NCBI GenBank assembly: GCA_002269645.1
Contig: NIVC01002706.1
Location: 1 to 64,000 of the forward strand
Reading direction: 5' to 3'
Origin: Macrostomum lignano
Taxonomy: Eukaryota
DNA length: 64,000 nt
Position numbers and translations under genes: made by a program. Position 1 is the stretch's first letter, and each line of letters starts with the position of its first letter. The notes below the pieces were generated by a model. It did not search any database and was not told the origin of the DNA. It was given only the letters and a program-made list of their open reading frames with translations. Positions 44,212-55,744 of the stretch are shown piece by piece.

Positions 44212-45020
44212 CTTCTCCGGTACAGATGTACCTCAGGTGCTTCTCCGCTACAGATGTACCTCAGGTGCTTCTCCGCTACAGATTAACCTCAGGTGCTTCT
44301 CAGCTACAGATTAACCTCAGGTGCTTCTCCGCTACAGATGTACCTCAGGTGCTTCTCCGCTACAGATGTACCTCAGGTGCTTCTCCGCTACAGATGTACC
44401 TCAGGTGCTTCTCCGCTACAGATTAACCTCAGGTGCTTCTCAGCTACAGATTAACCTCAGGTGCTTCTCCGCTACAGATGTACCTCAGGTGCTTCTCAGC
44501 TACAGATTAACCTCAGGTGCTTCTCCGCTACAGATGTACCTCAGGTGCTTCTCCGCTACAGATGTACCTCAGGTGCTTCTCCGCTACAGATGTACCTCAG
44601 GTGCTTCTCCGCTACAGATGTACTTCAGGTGCTTCTCCACTACAGATTAACCTCAGGTGCTTCTCCGCTACAGATGTACCTCAGGTGCTTCTCCACTACA
44701 GATGTACCTCAGGTGCTTCTCCGCTACAGATGTACCTCAGGTGCTTCTCCCCTACAGATGTACCTCAGGTGCTTCTCCACTACAGATGTACCTCAGGTGC
44801 TTCTCCGCTACAGATGTACCTCAGGTGCTTCTCCGCTACAGATGTACCTCAGGTGCTTCTCCGCTACAGATGTACCTCAGGTGCTTCTCCACTACAGATG
44901 TACCTCGGTTGCTTCTCCACTACAGATGTACCTCAGGTGCTTCTCCCCTACAGATGTACCTCAGGTGCTTCTCCACTACAGATGTACCTCAGGTGCTTCT
45001 CCGCTAAAAATGTACCTCAG
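44212..45020. repeat. 28-bp minisatellite, ~29 copies
   Basis: Unit CTACAGATGTACCTCAGGTGCTTCTCCG. Confidence 0.97.
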
Positions 45021-46674
45021 AAGCACCTGATTTAATTTGCGCGTCAAAGAAATATTGCTCCCAAGATCACTGGACTCAGTTTCTCTCTTCATATCTTCAC
45101 AGTTTAAGAGGCTCACAACTCACTAATTGATTGATAGATTTTAGTTTGAAAGCGCGTTTCTTTCTTTCACAGTTTTGTGACTTCAAACTGTTAAATCGGA
45201 GCTCTCCAACCAGACGCTGCACCGCTTCAGGGCGTCACCAAGCGAAGTGTAAACAAGTTTTTGCTTTCCACAGTTCAGCTGTTGAAATGCTTTTGCCTAA
45301 AGTGATAAATATTGACCGAGAAAGATAGCGGAATTGGCACTGATGGCTCTGGCTAGACTGGCTGCCTGCCAGTTTCCAGCTAAACGATGATGGAAGCTGC
45401 AGCTTTCACCTTCGCCATGGCAGACGCGGTTCACTTGCTGTCGCAGTCACGGTATTGCGTGCAACGCGACTCGTCCAATCGTGTCTACCGCAGTTGAAAT
45501 GCCTGAGGCAGTAGGACTGGCCACGGCTAGCGCATATAGGTACTAGAGTGATAAAATCGAACCTTTTTTGAAACAGATCCACTTCAAACTATAGTCAATC
45601 CCAAAGTGAGTTAACTTTTTGTTACATCAACAGGGATCTAGTCGGTTGAAATTTGCACTAATGGAAAGCTAGGCACCTATTTCTGCGTGTGACGCATAAG
45701 AGCGAGAGAATTTTCCAACTCCCAATGCTCCGTGTGCATCTCTAAAGCTTTTTCTGTCCCTCCGGCCTGTCAGCATCGCTGCACGCGCCAGATGAAGCAT
45801 TCTGCATGGTTTCCAGCTGCTCCACCGCGCGCTTCTATAGCCAAATAATGTTTCAAGTCTCATCCAGGTGTTGCTTATTTTTAGCAAACACTGAGAAAGG
45901 CAAGACAAAGCAAGTTCAAGTCTGAGCGATTGCTGAATGGCTGCAGTTATTATTAATGATAGCTTGAAGAATATTTTAGCGAAGGTGGCGTGTTACACCT
46001 TAAAGGGTGTTAGCAATCTAATTAAAGCTAGCTATTTCGCATACCTTAGCCAGTTGATTACGAGCGTACTTTCTTGTAAAGCTGTAAAAAAACTTCTGCC
46101 AAATTACATTGGGTCTCTGTTTTCTTGCCGCAAATCTAAGATTGACAAATTACCGACAACAGGGGGTGGCCATAATTGTTGGCCGCGGTGTTAGAGGCGA
46201 CAGAGAGAGAGAGTTGAAATGCCGCAATGGGTTCTCAGGGCTGCTTGTAAAGCAGCCAAGTCTCCATCTTGTGGCAAGTGCAGCAGATTTTATATATATA
46301 TATAATATATATAGAGCTGGAGAAAAAATGAGGCACTCAGGACCATCCACTGCAGACCAGCGCGATTTAAAATTAATGAAGCTTTCCTTTCTCTCGTAGC
46401 AGTGCTTATTGTGTGTGTGTGTGTGTGTGTGCATGGGTGCGGCTACAGCAGTGCCCAGAATAGGCGTGGCGACTCAAATATTTGTTTGCCGCTGCCGGGA
46501 GGCATCATAGTGCTGCAGACTGGCACAGTTGCCAGGCACTCCATGGGGCCTGTCTGTGTGCACTGGCTCGGATGACTGCTGCGAATCTCCTCGCTTCTCT
46601 CAGTTTACCACACAGCTGGTGTACATGTTGGCTGGCCGCTGCTCTTTCCCGGCGCCCCCCGTGATGGAAACTCT

Positions 46675-47372
46675 GCAGCAATCTAGACTGCGCAGCAATC
46701 AATTGCAATAATATGACACAGCAATCTAGACTGCGCAGCAATCAATTGCAATAATATGACACAGCAATCTAGACTGCGCAGCAATCAATTGCAATAATAT
46801 GACACAGCAATCTAGACTGCGCAGCAATCAATTGCAATAATATGACAAAGCAATCTAGACTGCGCAGAAATCAATTGCAATAATATGACACAGCAATCTA
46901 GACTGCGCAGCAATCAATTGCAATAATATGACAGCAATCTAGACTGCGCAGCAATCAATTGCAATAATATGACAAAACAATCTAGACTGCGCAGCAATGA
47001 ATTGCAATAATATGACACAGCAATCTAGACTGCGCAGCAATCAATTGCAATAATATGACACAGCAATCTAGACTGCGCAGCAATCAATTGCAATAATATG
47101 ACACAGCAATCTAGACTGCGCAGCAATCAATTGCAATAATATGACACAGCAATCTAGACTGCGCAGCAATCAATTGCAATAATATGACACAGCAATCTAG
47201 ACTGCGCAGCAATCAATTGCAATAATATGACACAGCAATCTAGACTGCGCAGCAATCAATTGCAATAATATGAAACAGCAATCTAGACTGCGCAGCAATC
47301 AATTGCAATAATATGACACAGCAATCTAGACTGCGCACCAATCAATTGCAATAATATGACACAGCAATCTAT
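46675..47372. repeat. 43-bp minisatellite, ~16 copies
   Basis: Unit GCAATCTAGACTGCGCAGCAATCAATTGCAATAATATGACACA. Confidence 0.97.
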
Positions 47373-47392
47373 ATTTCAGTGGAATCCAGTTA

Positions 47393-47542
47393 GAGCCGAC
47401 TCCCCTGAGCAGGCACAAGCGCGTGGATACGTACGCAGTCATACGCACAGGCACACACTCACACAGGAGTGTACAGCGATTAACTTTATTAATCGTTAGG
47501 CATGTACACTTCACTGTGCCTTGGGGGTTGACCTTCAAGGGC
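47393..47542 (-). mobile_element. SINE family A, internal fragment
   Basis: Matches the body of the 15085-15426 copy; head and tail absent. Confidence 0.75.
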
Positions 47543-47989
47543 GCTGCGATTCCAAAATGCCCCTACTACTCGTAGTAGCATTCTAGCTCGAACTATATTA
47601 CACTGCCTCTAATGAATACGGAAAATGTAAATATTGAAATGAAAAAAATAAAATATTCATAAGCGCACCCTTCGCGAATGTTTAGCATCGCAGCAATTTT
47701 ATTGCATTTTCTTTCTTGGAATAATAATCGAAAATTAGCAGTCGAGCAGCTGCGCTACCAGATCCTGTAACCCAGTTAGACCGAGAGACTGCATGCAGCT
47801 CGAACGGCTATACAATATTATCCTCCTTATCAACCCAGTGCCCGTTGCAGCGAACATCAAACACAAGCAATCATTACAGAAAGTGTTCACTTTATTTAAC
47901 ACGTATTGAATTCACCAAACACATCAAAGCATTGCGCCATTTGAAAAATAAATTCTACGAGAAAATTAACAGCAGATGTAAGGACACTG

Positions 47990-48240
47990 GCTGATCTGAT
48001 CGTCAATACGCACAATCGTACACACGCGCTCACACAGGATGCACAGCTGCCATGACTTTCCAATCGTCAGGTATGTGCACTCTCTGCGCCTTGGGGTGGG
48101 TTGGCCCTCGTGGCTGTGAATCGCACGGCAACCCATTGGCCAGTTTTCGCCCACAAGCCATAAAAGTGAGTATGTCGGCGCGCAGAATCGAATCAAGGAT
48201 CGTGAAGCGCGAGAGTCAGCCGCGTCTGCCAGTGAGCTGC
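47990..48240 (-). mobile_element. tRNA-derived SINE, family B (different head, central block shared with family A)
   Basis: Minus strand head GCAGCTCACTGGCAGACGCGG...GATTCGATTC, then GAGGGCCAACCCACCCCAAGGCGCAGAGAGTGCACATACCTGACGAT (family A: GAGGGCCAACCCCCAAGGCACAGTGAAGTGTACATGCCTAACGAT). Confidence 0.6.
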
Positions 48241-48494
48241 TCTGACCCTTTGCAGCCGGTTCGACTCGGAGCAGCGCTCGAACTTCGGGCTGTATTCCAG
48301 TGCTCAAGTTGACTAGTTACACTAGTTAATTAACTGGTATATAGTAGATATTCTCAGTAGGCTACTATTGACAGAATAAGAATAAGTAGTATAAGAAGTA
48401 CACTAATTGAATTTTACATGCTATAAGGGATTTATTATTATAACCAATAGAAGAGAATTCCTATTTCGCTCGTAGAGGCAGGGGGCTGTGTTTA

Positions 48495-48785
48495 AACCAT
48501 TGCGCACTTTAAGCCATTTCTGCCCATTCCGCCGACTCCCCTGAGCAGCGCACACAAGCGCGCGGATACGCACGCAGTCATACGCACAGGCACGCACTCA
48601 CACAGGAGTGCACAGCGGTCCTGACTATATATCGTTAGGCATGTACACTTCACTGTGCCTTGGGGTTTGGCCCTTCCAAGCCGATATTCAATTTAGCTCC
48701 AAAGCAATGTGACGGCACTTGATATCGAGCCTGGGCCGCTGGCACATCAGAGCGCCGCGCTAGACCACTGGGCTACGGCAGCCCT
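48495..48785 (-). mobile_element. tRNA-derived SINE, family A
   Basis: Head GTAGCCCAGTGGTCTAGCGCGGCGCTCTGATGTGCCAGCGGCCCAGGCTCGATATC plus body. Confidence 0.82.
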
Positions 48786-49289
48786 TGAAGAGGATGGACC
48801 GTCAGTGGACGTCAAAATCACAACTTTAACTTGTTATGCCTTGTTACTAACAATGATCATTGCAATACTTACAGTAGGTGCATCAGCAAAATTTTCCTTC
48901 CAAGTTTAGATGTCTATTAAAAGACCGCAATGCATTCAAATTCCAGTTTGCTTAACTTAGCTGTCAATCAATGGAGAATGTTTGATAATGTAATCATCTT
49001 ATTTTGGAATTTATTTGGCAATAGAGAAATATGATTAAACATAATTTTTATTGTCTCGGATTGTAAATGACCGCAACGCAAAACAAGTATGTACATTTGA
49101 AATACTGAAGTAGAATTAAATATTACTGTATTCTGTGCGGCTGAAATCCATGCAATTCACAGCATTGTAATAAATCAAGTTCCTAGCAACAATTGAATGC
49201 AAAAGCAACTGGGTCGCAGTCTCATTTGATGTTGAGAATGAGTAAGAAATTCTTCTTACTGACACAGATCTGAAAAACTGATGGAAGAC

Positions 49290-50520
49290 GCTAATTGGGA
49301 CTGTAGGATTCCTAATTGGGACTGTAGGATTCCTAATTGGGACTGTAGGATTCCTAATTGGGACTGTAGGATTCCTAATTGGGACTGTAGGGTTCCTAAT
49401 TGGGACTGTAGGATTCCTAATTGGGACTGTAGCATTCCTAATTGGGACTGTAGGATTCCTAATTGGGACTGTAGGATTCCTAATTGGGACTGTAGGATTG
49501 CTAATTGGGACTGTAGGATTCCTAATTGGGACTGTAGGGTTCCTAATTGGGACTGTAGGGTTCCTAATTGGGACTGTAGGGTTCCTAATTGGGACTGTAG
49601 GATTCCTAATTGGGACTGTAGGGTTCCTAATTGGGACTGTAGGGTTCCTAATTGGGACTGTAGGATTCCTAATTGGGACTGTAGGATTCCTAATTGGGAC
49701 TGTAGGATTCCTAATTGGGACTGTAGGATTCCTAATTGGGACTGTAGGATTCCTAATTGGGACTGTAGGATTCCTAATTGGGACTGTAGCATTCCTAATT
49801 GGGACTGTAGGATTCCTAATTGGGACTGTAGCATTCCTAATTGGGACTGTAGGATTGCTAATTGGGACTGTAGGATTCCTAATTGGGACTGTAGGATTCC
49901 TAATTGGGACTGTAGGATTCCTAATTGGGACTGTAGGATTCCTAATTGGGACTGTAGGATTCCTAATTGGGACTGTAGGGTTCCTAATTGGGACTGTAGG
50001 ATTCCTAATTGGGACTGTAGGGTTCCTAATTGGGACTGTAAGATTCCTAATTGGGACTGTAGGGTTCCTAATTGGGACTGTAGGGTTCCTAATTGGGACT
50101 GTAGGATTCCTAATTGGGACTGTAGGATTCCTAATTGGGACTGTAGGATTCCTAATTGGGACTGTAGCATTCCTAATTGGGACTGTAGGATTCCTAATTG
50201 GGACTGTAGCATTCCTAATTGGGACTGTAGGATTCCTAATTGGGACTGTAGGATTCCTAATTGGGACTGTAGCATTCCTAATTGGGACTGTAGGGTTCCT
50301 AATTGAGACTGTAGGATTCCTAATTGGGACTGTAGGATTCCTAATTGGGACTGTAGCATTCCTAATTGGGACTGTAGGATTCCTAATTGGGACTGTAGCA
50401 TTCCTAATTGGGACTGTAGGGTTCCTAATTGGGACTGTAGGGTTCCTAATTGGGGCTGTAGGATTCCTAATTGGGACTGTAGGATTCCTAATTGGGACTG
50501 TAGGATTCCTAATTGGGGCT
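49290..50520. repeat. 21-bp minisatellite, ~58 copies, just 3' of dysbindin
   Basis: Unit CCTAATTGGGACTGTAGGATT. Confidence 0.98.
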
Positions 50521-50637
50521 TTATGTAAACAAGGCAGTAAGACACTATAAAATTGATGACAAGCCACTCCACACAGCCGGCAGACGGTTAAAATTGTCTA
50601 ACAGATTCAAACCCAACTCCATCGCGAGTCCAAGCTG

Positions 50638-52863
50638 TCACTCCTGAGGCGCTGCCTGAGATGAGTCGTCGGCGTCGGCGGCAGGAAACACCGGCGATCT
50701 GACGTCATCGTCATCATCCTCTTCGTCGTCGAGTTCGACAGCCGCATCGGCGTCAACATCGTCAGGATCTTCGCCGACATCTTCGTCATCGTCGTTCGCT
50801 TCAAGAAATTTGTCCAACGCCTCGGCGGCGTCGTCCAGCGGCGGCGGCGGCAGCAGATCGGCGGCGTCGGCCAGAGAAGCCGGGGTATCCTGACCGCCGC
50901 CGCCGCTACCGACGCTGCCGGCTCCGCCTCCGCCGCCACCGCCGCTGCTGCTGACGCTCGGCGCCCGCTCAGTGTGGCCGTGCTCCTTGAAGAACTGCAT
51001 GTCCCGCTGGAACTCCTGAGAAATTGGATGGAGAAGGGTTCGGTGAAGACACAGCGAACGAATGCCAAGTGAAGCCTTAAGCCTAATTATATTTAGCTTA
51101 TAGCCAGGGGTTTTATTCTAGTAGAACTCTCGACGGAAAGGTCGGGGGTTCGATTCCCAATCCTACTTGGAACAATCTGTGTCCTTAAGCAAGACACTTA
51201 ACTCTGCATTGCTGCAGTTCACCCAGCTGTAAAGTTAGGGTGTGTGTGCGGCGAACCCCCAGTCCTTGGACTGAACAGCCGTACGCAGCCTTCAGATGCG
51301 CCGTGCAATAGCTGCGGCTGAGCTGTCGGTTGCACATGTGGCTCCATTAGGGCAGGCGTAATAAATTATTACAGTATTATTATTTATTATCACCTGTTCA
51401 AAAGCGCGCTGCCTTTCCAACAGGGCGGCCTGTCGAGACTGTTCCAACGCTCTGACCCGGCCGGCGTGGCGCTGGGCCATCTGCACCCGGCGCCGTTCCA
51501 GCTCCTCTGATCGGCGCCTACTGTGCTCCAACAGCTGGTAGTTGTGAGCGTGCTGGTCCCGGCGCAGCTGCACCCACTCGGCCTGAATGACGGCAAAGTG
51601 TTCATTCTAATTGATTGATTGATGCATGAACTCCAATGTTTGTAATGCGTTTATGTTTATGCAAATGTTTATAATAATTTTTATCAAGTGGCAGATTCTG
51701 GGATAATTAAGTGCGGTGATTCTTGAGTGACAATGACAACTTTGGAGTGACAAGTTTGAAGTGATTCTCGAGTGACAAGTTTGAAGTGATTCTCGAGTGA
51801 CAAGTTTGGAGTGATTCTGGAGTGACAAGTTTGGAGTGATTCTTGAGTGACAAGTTTTGAGGCGATTCTTGAGTGACAAGTTTTGAGGCAATTCTTGAGT
51901 GACAAGTTTTGGGGCGATTCTTGAGTGACAAGTTTTGAGGCGATTCTCGAGTGACAAGTTTTGAGGCGATCCTCGAGTGACAAGTTTTGAGGCGATTCTT
52001 GAGTGACAAGTTTTGAGGCGATTCTTGAGTGACAAGTTTGGAGTGATTCTTGAGTGACAAGTTTTGAGGCGATTCTCGAGTGACAAGTTTTAAGGCGATT
52101 CTTGAGTGACAAGTTTTGAGGCGATTCTTGAGTGACAAGTTTTGAGGCGATTCTTGAGGGACAAGTTAGGACTGATTCATGTGTGACATCTTTGGAGTGA
52201 TTTTTAGTGACAAGGTGCCAATTAGGGTGATCCGATATAGATTTTTAAGTGATAATTTGGAACGATTCTGTTTTGAATTACAATTCTGTAGAGCCGCTCG
52301 TCAGTAAGTGAGTAACTGCAACCTTACCTGATTCTCCAGCAGCGCCAGTTCATGCTCAACCTCGCGGCAGCTCTGCTCCAAGCTGTCTAGCAGGGCTCCG
52401 ATGCACTCCAGACTGGCCAGGGTTCGCGGCAGGTCGCAGGCCTCGCGCTGCAGGGCCGTCCAGGCGGCGGCGCGGGAACGCGCTCGGCCGGACACCACGG
52501 CGGCCAGGCGGCCGACTCGATCAACGGAGCGGCCGACTTCGTCGCTGCCGCGGTGAATCTCCGACCAGTGGCGCTGGTAGGCGGCCAGCAGGTCAGCGCC
52601 AGGCAGCAGGCAGCCAGCGGATTGGGCGCGCAGATGCTGGGGATCTTGCCTGGGAAAGATTAGAAATCTCAATCAGGGATGAGCAGTGCTGCCTGATATT
52701 GAAGCTAATAAAATAAGCAAAACTTCACTCACTTGTCATCAGCAATGTGTTTGAGCGAACTGTCAAATGAGGCGCTAGCTTTCACTTTGAGTTGGCTCAG
52801 ATTTTGATTGATGTCTTCTGACACCTCGGATAACTTTTTGCCAAGGTTGCGTAGAAAATTCAT
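50638..52863 (-). CDS. DTNBP1: Dysbindin (BLOC-1 subunit); exons 52863-52733, 52649-52328, 51582-51394, 51015-50638 (339 aa)
   Basis: MNFLRNLGKKLSEVSEDI; GADLLAAYQRHWSEIH; LPRTLASLECIGALLDSLEQSCREVEHELALLEN; ALLERQRAFEQEFQRDM; AEALDKFL; acidic tail. These are colinear with the human dysbindin motifs as I recall them. GT-AG junctions are phase-consistent (131+322+189+378 = 1020 nt). Confidence 0.9.
51135..51390 (+). mobile_element. CORE-type SINE in dysbindin intron 3
   Basis: B box GGTTCGATTCC, then GTGTCCTTAAGCAAGACACTTAACTC...CACCCAGCTGTAAA and an AT-rich tail; matches the 3885 and 20868 copies. Confidence 0.8.
51715..52165. repeat. 24-26-bp minisatellite in dysbindin intron 2
   Basis: Unit GAGTGACAAGTTTTGAGGCGATTCTT / shorter TTTGGAGTGATT variant. 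Confidence 0.94.
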
Positions 52864-54319
52864 TGTGCAAAGACAGTAAAAGAGAAAGGTTTTTTATCAA
52901 GTGTGAGTAGATTAATATTTAGTTAAAATGATAAAAAAATTAATTAAACTAGATATAGATACAAAAAATGTAAAATAAATTTGGTTAGGTTTATAGCACA
53001 GCTCTAAAAATAACCAAGGGCACTTTCTTTGCAAGTTATAGCTTTAAAAGACCATTCAAACTGTTGAAGGCTATGATTATTAATATATTAACCTTATTGA
53101 AAAATGTACTATTGGAAATGTTTGTAGGCCTTGTCAGCTAATTGCTACTCTTATTAGACTTTTTGGCGATATGGCACACTAGGCACAGTGCAACAAAAAT
53201 AATAGTTGTGTGGCATAGTAGCCTAAAAGCCTATAACAAAAAATAAGATAAGAAGGTCCTTATATAGATAAACATGACCATTGAAGCCAAGCAAATATTC
53301 TGAACTAATTAAGATAGCTAAATGTGACATAATTGATATATTTGTAAATCTTAGCAAATTGCTATATTCTAAAAAAATTCAATAGGGAATATCAAATGTA
53401 GTGATTTGTTAATAAATATTCAGATAGACAATTTAAACAAACAGTGTTCTTTTTAACAAAGATGCTCAATGCAGAGTATGTACACATATATTTTAGCTAT
53501 CCTTTTACACATTTGTAAGCCTTCTTTTGATGTAAAAGTTTTCAGCTTAAATGGTTGAATTAGACCTAAAGCAAGAAGTCAAAAACCCTTAACCCCAAAC
53601 CCCAAAAACAACATACACACAAAAGTTTCGTGTTATAATTCTGCTTTAAGTTTGAACAAAATTTTCCAAACTTTATAATATCTTTTGAATAGAAAATAAA
53701 CTTCTATGCATTTATGACAATCTTAGCAGCAACAACATATGTCACACATAATATTGTGCTTACTCTATACTATATAAATTCTTTAAATTTTAAATTGAGA
53801 AGAAAATCTCATTTTACTAAAAATATTTTCAGTTAAATTTTAATCAAAATCTTTCATATGCCCTTGCTTTTAATTGACATTGCAAATGATCAGAATCAAT
53901 GTTTTTTGACAAAAATGCACTTTATATATATATGTCTACATTGAAATATCAAAGGCCTTAATAAATATAGTTCTTAAACATTTTGTCATTTGCCACTTTG
54001 TTATCTTAGATGACAGATTGACCCAAATTTTCTTATAGCTTATTGGTAGATGACAAAGTGATTAGACAAACTTGGTTAATTAATTTGTCATTTACCATTT
54101 TATCCTTTTTTGTCATTTGTCATGAGCCATGTTTGAATTCTTAGCTGAAAGTGCCAAATCAGAGTGGTGAACTCTTACAAAAAATTGATGATTCATATTT
54201 ATATTAGTTAATTATTAGTCATTAAAACAAGCTTCATTTTAAACTATCCAACAAAATAAACATAAATAAAAATAAATATAGTAAAAAGTACAGTAAAATA
54301 TAAATAGAATACAAATACA

Positions 54320-55099
54320 GGCAATCCTGAAGATTCCCGTGTTTAATTATTTTACACATTTTTATGCACATTTCAGCCACGGAATTATGGCAGGGCGACC
54401 TCCAGCACCCCAGACAATTGTGGATCCTCAAGAAGTTAGACTGACTATTGAACTAGCTGAACTTAGCATCAACCATTGTGAATTGAGGGCTCTAACTGAT
54501 GAGACAGGCATCCAGTGGCTGGCCAAGTATGGGCTGCTGCGAAATAGCATGGACTATGAGCACTGCCCCAACAGGCCTATGTCATTCCAAAGGCAGGCTG
54601 GTTGAGACTATGTGGATGGTGTCTGCTGGAGCTGCAAGACTTGCCGCCAACATTGGTCAATTCGGTGTGGCTCCTTCTTCCAAGGCAGTCACCTGTCACT
54701 TGTTCAGTTGATCAACATGATCTACTTCTGGTCAATGAACAGCCACCTGTCCACTGTGGTTGAAGAGACGAGCCAGCGAACACTCCGTGATTGATTGGTT
54801 CAACTATATCCGTGACATCTGTGCCCAGTACCTCATCGACCACCCGACACAGCTTGGTGGGCCCGGAGTGGACGTTGAGATCAATGAGGTGAATGAGTCC
54901 AAATTCATACATCGCAAGTACCACAAGGGGCAGTACCGTGAAGGCCACTGGGTGCTGGGCATGGTGGAGAGAGGCACTCATCGATGCATTCTCATTCCTG
55001 TGCCAGACCGTTCAGCCAACACCCTGCTGCCAGTGATCAACCAGCATGTGCTGGTAAAATTCCGTAAAATAATTAAACGCGGGAATCTTCAGAATTGCC
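54320..55099 (+). mobile_element. Merlin (IS1016/ISXO2-like) DNA transposon, internally deleted, transposase pseudogenised
   Basis: ~35-bp TIRs GGCAATCCTGAAGATTCCCGTGTTTAATTATTTTA and its inverse; flanks CAAATACA / CAAATATG (6 of 8 match). Transposase remnant from ATG 54387: WSCKTC...SIRCGSFF, LGGPGVDVEINE..SKF..RKYHKG...GHWVLGMVERG...PVPDRSANTLLPVI. It has a stop, a frameshift and no C-terminal catalytic part. Confidence 0.9.
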
Positions 55100-55744
55100 C
55101 AAATATGACATTGTCATTGACTTCTTTTGTCTTTGAGTCATAAATATCAGCTACGCATTTTTAAGCATGTCTGAACTTTTAAATGAAGCCTTCGTGGGCA
55201 CTTTGCACTTAAAATGACAAGAAATTTGCCTAATATATTATATATTTACTTAAAAGCAAAGTTTATATCAAGATCTGACTATAAGCATAGTTGAATTGAA
55301 CATGTAAACTTGATTGAATCTTGAATGTGAACGAAAAAAAGTCAATAACCTCTCTTGACTCTGAGTCAACTCTTTTGACAAAGTCGGTTTACCTTGTCCT
55401 TAGGCCTACCATAGATTTTTGACAAATTCGTTTACATTGTTGACTGAGGTACTTTTCGTAGAAAAGAAGAATTTTGTATATATACCCTTTTCGATTATAG
55501 CAAACTTACGTCTAAAATAAAACTATATTTTAAAAAAAATACAAAAAAACGTACCAAAAATAAGTTTTTTAAGTTTTCAGTTCCAATTTTTCTAAATTGT
55601 CGCACTTGCGTCTGCTAACTTGCTTTCACACTTCGAATCAGGTTCTTCGGTAAGGCCGCGCCGCGCCGCCTCTAGTTGAACTTCAAGATCGTGCTCCCGA
55701 GGGCTAGGCCCTAACGCCTGAAGGGTAAAGCGGATTTTAATAAT

